Origin: Chrysomallon squamiferum
Taxonomy: Eukaryota; Animalia; Mollusca
Direction of reading: 5' to 3'
NCBI GenBank assembly: GCA_012295275.1
Contig: CM022670.1
Span: 38,316,001 to 38,380,000, forward strand
Length of the DNA: 64,000 nucleotides
Positions 40,308-52,894 of the stretch are shown here, one piece after another; within the stretch, counting starts at the first letter, position 1, and each line of letters begins with the position of its first letter. The notes below the pieces were generated by a model that was given only the letters and a program-made list of their open reading frames with translations, had not been told where the DNA came from and made no database searches. The position numbers and the translations under genes were made by a program.

Positions 40308-43150
40308 ATGGGGATTATTGTGTCAACATACAAGCCTGAGAGTAGTTCGGTATGTAGCAACAATTGGACCCCCCATCCCCCCCAAAAAAAACCCAACAAC
40401 CCCCCATAATTATTAATAATAATATATAAATAAAATAAAAATAAAAAAATAAAAATTGAAATACATTAAAAACAGGATAATAAATAAAAATTAATAAGTT
40501 AAAATTTAAAAGAAAAATATTATATGTTAAAAACCCCAAAACAAAAAAAAAACATCAAAAAGTAAAAAATAATAACATATAGGCCCTAATAATATTAAAT
40601 ATAAATTTGCATACATTAGTTTTAGAATGAATTCACATTATATAAAAAAATATTCATGTTATGTCTTTAAATTCTAAATGTTTTTTCTTTTATTAAAATA
40701 TCAATTCAGTGATTCTTTTTATTTAACCAATACACTAAATCAATGTTATTGCTTTACATTTTTTTTTTTTTTTTTTTTTTTTTGCTCATTAATAATCTAA
40801 AGTATTTATATATTTTTTTTGTTTTTTATATTACAGTAGTTTGTTTTGAAATTGTTTTTATTTTTGACTAATGTTTTATTTATTGTTATTTCATTATATG
40901 CAACTCTTAAGGTTACAAGAGATAATAGAAAAAGTATCCAACTGTCTTCGGTAAGCTATATATTTAGTTTAATTATTTATTTATTTATTTTTAAATTGTA
41001 TTAATTGGCACTGGCATCAGTAAAATTAGGAAAATGATTTTTAAAACAATTTAATTTGAAAAAAGTTTGAAAAAAATGAATTAATCATGATACAGTGATT
41101 TTAAAAATTATCACTATCATTGTGATGCTGCAGTATTTTGCAGACATTATACTAGTGTGTTACAGGACTGTTGTGATTGTTGTAGTCTACAATATACTGC
41201 ATTGTGTCAGTTTGTGATGTCTGAAGCTGAAATCTTTTTTTATAGTTTGATGCTCGAACTGAGGGAAAAAGCAAGCAACCCAGATCGGAAAAATCAAGTG
41301 TCATTGATACAGCCCAGCCAGTATGTGTAGAAAAGCAGTTATTGTTAGCAGTAGCAGTTGTAGTAGTAGCAACATTAGCAGTAACAATACTAGTAGTAGT
41401 ATAGTAGTACTACAGTAGTAGTAGCAGTAGCAGAACTAGTAGTAGTAGTAGTAGCAGGACTACTAGCAGTAGTAGCAATACTAGTAGTAATATTTTTGAC
41501 ACACAGCAAAATCTTTAGTTAAATAAAATTTCTTCTGAAACATTATTCCCTCCTGCACCAAATAAATAAGAATGATGATAGCATTAATCCCTTTAAATCC
41601 CTGGCAAACAAAAACAACACCCAAATAATTTCCAAGATAAACTGAATGATCAAAGCAAATGCATATACTAGCATAAACCAAATGACCGTGAATTTTTAAA
41701 ACCAAAGATTAGTCTAGGAATTATTTTAGGGACCATGAATAAAAGTATTTGAACATTTCAGTCACTGATAGAGTGTCTCTCTTACTAAAGTGGCACAAAA
41801 ACTGCAGACATTTGACCTCGGTTGTTTCTTTAAGTCCTCTTGACAATGGTACAACATTATAGACAACTATACTACACCATAAACGACTGTAGTAATTATA
41901 ATGCATCCAAAATATCTGTCTCCTTTGACATACATTTTCTCACTTCTCTCTTGAACTATCTGTTATGACACTGATGACATCCTTTGCCCCTGACCTGTTC
42001 TGGCTGACATTTACAGCCCTGGGTTTGTTAAGTCATCCCCAGTGACAGTGTTTACCATATATTAATATCCCATGTGTCTTGGAGAAATTTCCCAAATACC
42101 TTAAGCATAAAAAAAGAAAAACAAACCTCAGAGATCTTAATGATGTTTATGTAGGTTTAGTGAAACCAAAGATTATGCTGGATACTTTTGGTTCAATCCC
42201 TCACATTCAGTTAGATAAACATTACGAGAAGGTAGAAAAAGTATCAAGCGATTTCGGTTAAGTGGTATCTTTGTGCTGTTTGACAATAGTATCAAGGAAA
42301 TTCTGAAAATGATTTTGAAGGTTACAAAAAATAAATAAAACAAAATAAATTAACAATAACACAGTAATAATGAAAACTGTTTCTGTCATAATGATGCTGG
42401 CTGTAATATTTTAAAGAAATTGTATTAATTTATTTTAGCACTGTTGTGATCATAGAAATTTTTAGAAATGTTACAGTGTCTTTATTTGAATCCCCCAAAA
42501 ATAAACCAAACAAAAAACATAATTAATAATAATAAATTAATAGTAATAATAATAATAACAGTAATAATAATAATAACAACAACAATCACAACTTAATAAT
42601 AAATAATAAAAATTACAAAATGAAATACAATAAAAAATGAAAAATAGGATAATAAATGAAAATTAAATAAGAACAAATTTATAAGATAATATTATATGTA
42701 AAAAAACACCAAAAAACAAAAAGAATTTAAATAAAAAACTAAAAATGTAATAACATGTAATAATATTAAATATAAATTTAAATTAGCTGTAGAATGAATT
42801 CACGTATAAAAAAAATAATCTTGTTATGTCTTTATACAAAAATAAATATTAAATGTTTTTTCTTTTAGTTTTTTGTTTTTTTATTAAAAAATCAATTCAG
42901 TGATTCTTTTTATTTAACCAATACCTTAAATCCATGTTAATACTTTACTTTTTTTTTTGCTTATTAATAATCTAAAGTGTTTATATATTTCAGTTGTATT
43001 TTATATAACAGTAGTTTGTTTTGAAAATGTTTTTATTTTTGTCTAATGTTTTATTTATTGTAATTTCATTAATTGCAACTCATAAGCCTGCAGGAGAATC
43101 TAGAAAAAGTATCCCACGTTCTCAGGTTAGCTATATATTTTGTACTAATA

Positions 43151-43182
<32 letters not shown>

Positions 43183-46100
43183 TAAATTATATTAATTGGC
43201 ACTGGCATCAGTAAAATTAGGAAAATGATTTTTTTTAAAATATACTTTTCAAAACATTTGAAAAAAATGAATTAATTATGATACAGTGATTTTAAAAACT
43301 ATCTCTGTCACTGTGATGCTGCAGTATTTTACAGACATTATACTAGTGTGTTATAGGACTGTTGTGATTGTTGTAGTCTACAATATACTGCATTGTGTCA
43401 GTTTGTGATGTCTGAAACTGAAACCTTTTTTCATAGGATGATGCTCGAATTGAGGGAAAAGGCAAGCAACCCAGATCAGAGAAATCAACTGAAAGTGATG
43501 TTAGCCTGGCAGTATGTGTAGAAAAACATATATAGTTATTGTTAGCAGCAGCAGTAATAATACTAGTAGTTAGTGGTAGTAGCAGGACTAGTAGTAGTAT
43601 AGTAGTAGTAGAAGTTCTAGTACTAGTAGTAGCAGTAGCAATATTACTAGTCGTAGTAGTAGTACTTGTAGTAGTAATAATAATAATAATAAAATATGTT
43701 TGACACACAGCAAAGTTAAATAAAATGTCTTCTGAAAAAGTTATCCCTTCCTGCACCAAATAAAAAATAATGATGATAGCACTAATCCCTTTAAATCCTC
43801 TTCAAACAAACCAACAGCCAGGTAACTTACCAGATAAACTGAATGATCAAAGCAAATGCATATACTAGCATAAACCAAATGACAGTGAATTTTTTAAAAC
43901 CAAAGATTAGTCTTGAAATAATTTTAGGGACCACGAATAAAAGTATTTGAACATTTCAGTCACAGATAAAGTGTGTGTCTTATCAAAGTGGCACAAAAAC
44001 TGCAGACATTTGACCTCAGTTGTATTTTTAAGTCCTCTTGATGATGGTACAACATTATAGACGGTAGTATAGCCATTATAATGCATCGAATAGGCCCCAA
44101 AATATATTTTTCCTTTGCCAGATAGTTTTCTCTCTTACCTCTTGAACTATCTGTCATAACACTGATGACATCCTTTGCCCCTGACCAGTTCTGGCATTAC
44201 TGCCTTGGGTTCATTAAGATATCCCCAGTGACAGTGTTTACCATATATTAATATCCCATGTGTCTTGGAGGAATTTCCCAAATGCCTTAAGCATAAAAAA
44301 AGAAAAACAAACCTCAGAGATCTTAATGATGTTTATGTAGGTTTAGTGAAACCAAAGATTATGCTGGATACTTTTGGTTCAATCCCTCACATTCAATTTG
44401 ATAAACATTAGGAGAAGGTAGAAAGAGTATTGAGCAATTTTGGTTAAGTGGTATGTTTGTGCTGTTTGACAATAGTATCAACAAAATTCTGAAATCGATT
44501 TTGATTTTCCGCTGAAGTTTACAACAAATAAATAAATAAAACACAAAATAAATTAACAATAACACAGTAATAATGAAAACTTACTGGCTGTAATATTTTA
44601 AAGAAATTGTATGAATTTGTTTTAGCATTATTGTGATCATAGAAATTTTAATAAAATGTTACAGTGCCTCATTTTGAACCCCCCAAAAATAAACCAAACA
44701 AAAAACATAATTAATAATAATAAATTAATAATAATAATAATATTGATCAGAATAATCATAATAATAATAAAAACAACAATCACGACTGAATAATAAAAAA
44801 GTAAAAAAAATGAAATGTATTAAAAACTGAAAAATAGGAAAATAAATAAAAATTAAATAAGATAAAATTTAAAAGATAAATATTATATGTAAGAAAAAAA
44901 ACAAAAAAAACAACAACCAAGAATTTAAATAAAAAACTAAAAATGTAATAACACATAATAATATTAAATATAAATTTGCACACATTAGTACATTAGGTTT
45001 AGAATGAATTCACATCATATAAATGAATAATCATGTTATGTCTTTATACAAAAGTTAATATTAAATATTTTTTTCTTTTTTTATTAAAAAATCACTTCAA
45101 TGATTCTTTTTATTTAACCAATACCCTAAATACACGTTATTGCTTTACTTTTTTTTTTTTGGCTCATTAATAATCTAAGGTATTTGTATATTTTAGCTGT
45201 ATTTTATACTACAGTAGTTTGTTTTGAAATTGTTTTTATTTTTGACTAATGTTTTATTTATTGTAATTTCATTACATGCAACTCATAAGTCTGCAAGAGA
45301 ATCTAGAAAAAGTATCCATCGTTCTCAGGTAAGCCATATATATATATGTAAGCCTATTAGTTTATGTATTTATTTATTTATTTATTTATTTATTCTTATA
45401 TTATATTAATTGGCACTGTCATCGGTAAAATTACAAATATTTTTTTTTTTTAAATATGCTTTTCAAAACATTTGAAAAATATGAATTAATTACGATACAG
45501 TGATTTTAAAAACTATCTCTGTCATTGTGATGCTGCAGTATTTTACAGACATTATACTAGTGTGTTATAGGACTGTTGTGATTGTTGTAGTCTATAATAT
45601 ACTGCATTGTCTCAGTTTGTGATGCCTGAAACTAAAAGGTTTTTTTTAATAGGATGATGCTCGAGTGAGGGAAAAGGCAAGCAACCCAGATCAGAGAAAT
45701 CAAGTGTCATGGAAGCTGCCCGCGCGGTATGTGTAGAAAAACATATATAGTTATTGTTAGCAGCAGCAGTAGTAGCAATTGTTGTAGAGCAACATTTGCA
45801 GTAGCAATACTAGTGGTAGTAGTAGTAGTAGTATAATAAAATATCCTTAACACACAGCAAAGTCTTTTGTTAATAAAAATTTCTTCTGAAAAAGCATTCC
45901 CTCCTGCACCAAATAAAAAATGATGATAGCATTAATCCCTTTACATCCCCTCCAAACAAAACAACACCCAAATAACTTCCAAGATAAACTGAATGATCAA
46001 AGCAAATGCATACACTAGCATAAACCAAATGATGATAAACATTAGGAAAAGGTAGAAAAAGTATCGAGCAGTTTCAGTTAAGTGGTATCTTTGTGTTGTT

Positions 46101-49100
46101 TGATAATAGTATCAACAAAATTCTGAAAATGATTTTGATTTTCTCCCTGAAGTTTTTACAAAAAATAAATAAATAAAACACAAAATAAATTAACAATAAC
46201 ACAGTAGTAACGAAAACTGTTACTGTCATAATCATGCTAGATGTAATATTTTAAAGAAATTGTATTAATTTGGTTTAATTTGTGATCATAAAAATTTGTA
46301 AAAACATTACAGTGTTTAAATTTTTAACATCTAAATTATTTTTTATCATTATTATTATTATATACAGTCCAGTTCCAGAAAATTAAGTGCCAATGATGCA
46401 CAGGTAAGTAGATAATATCAGGTAGTTACTGTCAGCAGCTGTGGTAGTGGTGGTAGTAGTAGTAGTAGGAGTGGTAGTAGTGGTAGTGGCAGTAGTGGTA
46501 GTGGTAATGGTAATGGCAGCAGTAGTTGTAGTGATAGTTTGGTGGTGGTGGTGGTGGTGGTAGTAGTTGTGGTGGTGGTGATAGTAGCTGTAGTAGTACT
46601 AGTGGTAGTAGTGGTAATCCTGAAAACTGTTACTATGATAATGATGCTGGTTGTAATATTTTAAAGAAATGATACTAATTTGTTTTAGCACTGTTGTAGA
46701 AATTTACTTAATATTACACTATATCAGCTTATAACATCAAAATTATTATATATTTTTTTATTATTTTAAGGCCAAACAAGCCAAATCAAAAAAATCAAGT
46801 GTTGCTAATACAAACCTGGTAAGTGGAGAAAATCATTGTTAGTAGTAGCAGTAGTAATATTATAGAAGTAGTAGTAGCACTAATAGTGGTGGTAGTAGCA
46901 ATAATTATAATGGTAGTAGTAGTAGAAATAATAGTAGTATAGTAGTGCTAATAGTATTGTAGCACTGATAGTGGTAATAGTAATAGTAGTAATAGTAGTA
47001 GTAGTAGTAATAACATCATAATAAAAACCCCATCTTTGTAAACCATAGACCATAGACCACAGCCTACTTGTAATTAAGAGACTGTGAATGAGCTTATTTG
47101 ACAGTAGTTTCATACTGATAAATATTAATAACAGTCAGAGATCCTATCTTATTATAAGAATTTAGTAAGTTTCAAACTTTATGCTCACTTTTTGAAGTAA
47201 GACTAAGCAGGTGGTGCTAATTTTTTTACTTGTTAGAAAGATGAAAAGAGCACACTGCCCAAACCAACAAAATCAAGTACTGCTGATAGAAAGACACCAG
47301 TAAGTGGCAGTCACACAGTTAATGCTAGTAGTAGTAGTTATAGAAATAGTAATAGTAGCAGTAGTGTTAGGGAAAAAAAAAAACATTCTTTGACTACACA
47401 ATGGAGGGTTAATTAATTTTTAAAAGGTTTCAAAAATTAGATCGACTATAATGAAAGCCCCGAATGTTTATTAACATGTATGTTTGATAGTTTAAACAAC
47501 TTACAGCATTTTAGTCCCAGTCTTAAATCCAGGCTTGTTAATTTCATGTATATATATACACTTTATTACAGGATAATAAGATAATGAGAAAGCCAATATA
47601 ATAACACAACAGTTTACAAAAAAATATATATATATACAATAAAAAATTTAAATAATCTTCTGATAGTGTGAGTATATGACAGTTTTGCAACTTACGTTTT
47701 GCATGAATAAGATTATTAAATAAAAATAATTATAGACACATATTGCTAATTACTTTATTATAGGGTTTTAAAGCTGAATTTTTTTTTTATTATTTTTTTT
47801 AATCACAGGGTGATCGTAGTGGCGTGCAATCCAAGGTTTCAGGAGCAACTGTCACTTTATCACCTCGAGTAACTAAAACTTTCATAATGATACATGTGTT
47901 TTGTTAACTAAAATAAATAAATAAATAAATAAATAAATAAAATATATAAATAAATAATCATCATCATTTTTGTCTCATTAAACAAAATAAAAAATCAGAA
48001 CAAGAAAATTAATTCAATAATGCAGATAATTTACCTCTCCAAAAATAAAATTAAAATAAAACAATAATGATGATAATAAAAAACAATAGCAACAACAATA
48101 ACAATAATAAAATAATGATAATACCAGCTACAACAAATCATCCTTGCAAAATAACAACAATTAAAACAGATTTTTAATAATATTTTCTTCAGATTATTTA
48201 AACTGCCTCCACCTATTAAACATTTGTTGTTATTATTGTGTTATGTGTGGACAAGTTATTAATAATATGTGATTGATAAGAAGTAAAAAAAACAATGATT
48301 TCTTGTTATAGCCGGATATGGAGGATGAGACGAAGCCACACAGAATTAGTGTTATTGACACGTACCAGGTAAACTTTTATATTAATAACAACAAGAATAA
48401 CAACAGCAAGAGCAACAATATTATATATTTATTATATATAATAATAATAATAGTAATAATAATAATATTAAAAATAATAATAATAATAGTAATAAAAATA
48501 TAGTAATAATAATAATAGTAGTAGCAGCAGTAGTAGTAGTAGTAATAATAATAATAGTAGTAGTAGTAGCAGTAGTAGTAGTAGTAAACTGAATTAGTAA
48601 TAATAAGTAGTAATAATAATAATAATATTGATAAACCAAAGTGTTGTTGGGCTGCTGCTGGTTGGAATAGGAAATAGCTCAGAGGCAGCAGCCAGAAAAA
48701 TAAATAAAGACTCTGGTGGATGTTTTTTTTTTTTACAGGAATGTGCAGGTGAGACTGATGATCAGCCTCTCCCAAAGCCTCAAACTGTGAAAAAAGATCA
48801 AATCTTTCAGGAAGACAAATTCCAGCATGTTAGGACTCATACTGCTAAGGTGTGGTGTTTTTGTCAGCCTTTGCACACCCTTTCAAACCTACAAGTTTAT
48901 TCTGAACACAGTTTTAAATTCTCAGTTTGGATTTTTACCATTTATTATTTTCAGTTTTGTCACCAAAAGTAATTTACAGTTTGTGGTTTGTGATTGTTCA
49001 ACTGTATTGCACATTGTAATAGAGTGTCTTAAGAAAGTAATATTTGGTAGATTTTTCCAAGCTGGATATCTGCATTTGAGACTCATCACAATGCTGAAGA

Positions 49101-52100
49101 CTTTAGCATTTAGTCTTAATTTTAATTTATTTTTTCATGTTAGTTAAACTTTATCACACTTTGCAGTAATTATTGCTTTCTTTATTATTACTGTTATTAT
49201 TTTTTTAGGAATTATTTCTAAAAGCAATTACACAAATAATATTTTAATTATCATTTTTGTCTTTGATTTATATTTGTAACAGGCTCCCAAAAATTGCTTT
49301 CAGGGACTTTTTACAAACTAGTTTCATATCTAGCAAAAGCTAGTTACAGTGATCTTGAAAAGGTCAGAGCCATTTTTCTCTGGCAGACATCCATTGATAT
49401 TGAGGGTCTCGAACAAGTGGAGTCTCCTGCAAACTCTCCAATGGACTATTTGCTACGAATAAAACAAGGAACTGGGTCCCATGCTCGTCTCTTCTATGCA
49501 ATGTGTCGGTTAGTGTCTGTATGTTCCTCTATCTCTCAGCTCATTTTTCTCCTATTTCAATTTCTTTTTGTAAAAGTAACAAAACAAAAAAACACCTACA
49601 AAAAAACACACAGCCCTTCTCTTGTCAGTGTTTATAATAACTGTTTTTATCTGCCTCTTTAACAATGATGTAAGGTTCTGTTCCAAAATAAATGAGAAGG
49701 AAAAAAAAATAAAGGTTTTAGTTTTGATTTTACTGAATGTTCATGGTTCAGTTTACCAAATATATTATGACTGAAAATGCAGAACACAAAATGAATGAAT
49801 CATTTTATTTTTTTATTTTTCATTAATTAATTCAAATAAATTTGATTTTTTTTTTTAAATTTTTATTTCATTTATTCAGAATGGCACAAATTCCTTGTAA
49901 AATTGTCAGAGGCATGACCAAAAGCTCGGCGTATGAGCTTGGAAATAAAGTTGACAGGCAAAAGATGGGTTCAAAATGGAATGCAGTGTGCATAGATGAT
50001 AACTGGTTCCTTATAGATGTGCTGTGGGCCTCAGTCACACTACAGGTACCTGTTCCTGATGGATGGGTACCTGTAGACACAGATTTAAAGATCATGAGTG
50101 GAGATAAAGAGCAGAATGAACAAAAAACAGTGTACCAGTTGAACGAGTTTTATTTCCTGCCAGATGCAGATCAGTTGATCTATACTCATTTTCCAGACTT
50201 GGAAGCCTGGCAGCTTTTGAAACAACCAATAACTGTTGATGAGTTTGAAAATCATTTCTATATTAGAGAAATGTTTCACATTATCGGGATGAAGACTCCT
50301 GAGAAGGGTCACATAGACTGTAAGTTGGAGATACCCGATGGCACAATTGAGATTTATTTTTCGTTATGCCACAAAACAAGTGATTTTTACAAATTCAAAC
50401 ACATGCTGGCTCAGTTTACGTTAGACCAAAAGGAAAATGAAAAGCTGGGTGAATTTCTTGGTCGATATGTCTTCTTTGAGCAGACTCCAAAAGAAGTTGG
50501 CTTCTGTTTGAGACTTCCAATTAAAGGTCTCTTTAAGATGGATATATGTGCCCTGGACACAAGAAAATCTGCTGATTTTGAACTAGCATGCTCATATTTG
50601 ATAAACTGTCAGAACTCTAATCCAAATCTGAAACCTTTCCCAGATAAGCCACAGATAGGTTGGGGCCCTGGCACAAAACTTAAAGGTGCTGGTTTAACTG
50701 CCATGTCCCACCAATGTTCCATAATTAGGACAAAAAATGGTAAAGTAGATATAGTATTCGAGGCTAGCAAGGACACCAAAGTTTTACTGTTTGCTAATTT
50801 GAAACATGATGAACTTGGCGATAAAACTCTAAATGATTATACTGTCACAGAGTATAAGGATGACAAACTGATAGCTCGCATAAGACTGCCAAAGGAAGGG
50901 GAATATTCCCTAAATCTAAATTCTAAAGGATATAATACTCCCAAAGATCCTGCAAATGTCTGCAATTATCTTATTCTGTGTGAAGGTCAGAAAGACAAAT
51001 TTCCAATTTTTGAGGATAAAGCTATTGGCTTTCGATATGTTGCTGAAAGTTTGGGTGTGATAGCTGAGAGTCATACAGGAGGTTTAGTTGAGGCAAAGGA
51101 AGGTCATGAGATTGTGCAGTTTCATGCTCCATCTAATGTTCAGTTGATGTGTGAGATGGATACATACGATGAAGAAGCTAAAAAGACAATGGTTGTCTTG
51201 GTGAAAGATAATGAAGGCAACTGGAACTTTGATATCAATCTCTTCAATTTAGGAGAGTACTCTATGCATATTTTTGCAAAATGTGAAGACACTGGTCAAG
51301 ATCATGTGTGTGTGCATTCATACTTGGTTACCTCAACAGGAAAACCCATTGGTAAGTATCATGTGTAAAACCATTATTACAAAATAACAAATGGAAAATT
51401 ATTATAGAAAATCAGTGTTGAAATGAACATACATCCAGTGAAGATTTTTATTTGTTTCAAATGTTTGTCAGAGGGTTAAAGAAACAAAAAATGTTTTTTT
51501 TAGTTGTTACATATATTATATATGTCCTTTAACTAGATCTACACACACAGACAATGCAAACATCTGTCTGCACCATCACTTTATGATTTTTTTTTTTTAA
51601 TAGTATTCATCACTACCATAATACTTCTTGGATTTTAGATACAAAACACATACTAGTAAATATACTATACCTGTAAAGGGTTACTCTGACCAGAAACAAC
51701 AATGAATGTGACACCTTGCCAGTGGCCGAAGTAAGTGATGGTCATTCACTGAGCATGCTACAGATTGACGTCAACAGTGCTAGCAGTATCTCAGAAAAAA
51801 ACAGTAGTGTTTTCCAGAGGACATTAACTTTGATATTAGAATACTATTATCATTTGATGTGCTTCAGGCCTGACAGTGGTGATGACTCTTCCATTTGTTT
51901 CCCATTACAGAGATTTGGTTGGATTCACTAAAAGATTACCGTCCCAAAGCTTTTTACCCTGAACACTGAAGGACTTTGGATTCATCTTACCCGAAAGAAA
52001 CAAATTATATCTTAAATATATGCATACTTCTTCGTTAACTCATCGTGGGAGTGAATATGCCTAACAGTTGTTGTAAAGACTGTACCTTCGTGAACATAGC

Positions 52101-52293
52101 ATATTGTGAACTCTTATGGTTTTCACTGACATGAATGTTCAGAAAATTAATTAATTGTTGACATTTGGTTTGCCAATCATATTATTGTGTTTTTAAATTT
52201 GAAAATGATTGGGTTTTTTTTTTTTTTATCTTTTTATTCTTTTTTTCTTATAAAATGAAAGCATACTAAAATGAAAAAAAAAATAATAATATT

Positions 52294-52324
<31 letters not shown>

Positions 52325-52850
52325 GTGTGTGTATATATATGTATATATATCTAAAGAACTTTATTTTTAATTTATTTTATCTGAAATGATATTCTGTATT
52401 TTGAAAATGTACTTGTACATTTTTGTATTATATATATATATATATATATTATTATTATTTTTTTGTTTTAGAGAATATAATTGCATCAAGACTTAAAAAC
52501 CTTAAAATATGTAGAAAATAAAATGAAATATTATAAAAGTGGTTGTTTTTACAAAAAGAAATTAAAAGAATAATTTCTCTCTCACTTGAACCCTGCTACT
52601 ACAATCTTTAATAGTATATAGGTGATTAAGAACAGGTGACCTATGTTATTTAAATAAAAAGTTTAAGCATTCCTTTATTCCTAAACATTTTAAGGTAGCT
52701 ATTTCATTGTGGGCATTCCAACTTCATCAGTTATAGGATTAGAGAAAATCCATTTTTCTTTTATAAACTCTGATTACTAGCCATTCATAATCTGGTGTTG
52801 CAGAATCAAACATAATACAATTCAAGAACACACACATATACACATATACT

Positions 52851-52894
<44 letters not shown>

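Noticed and set aside
48318-48775. Poly-Tyr/Ile/Thr/Leu ORFs (also 43343-43759, 46880-47113, 60692-60925)
   Set aside because: Translations of trinucleotide microsatellites.
51598-52080. Possible transposon insertion or extra exon in the KY-like intron
   Set aside because: Composition differs slightly, but I could not define terminal repeats, a target-site duplication or coding homology.
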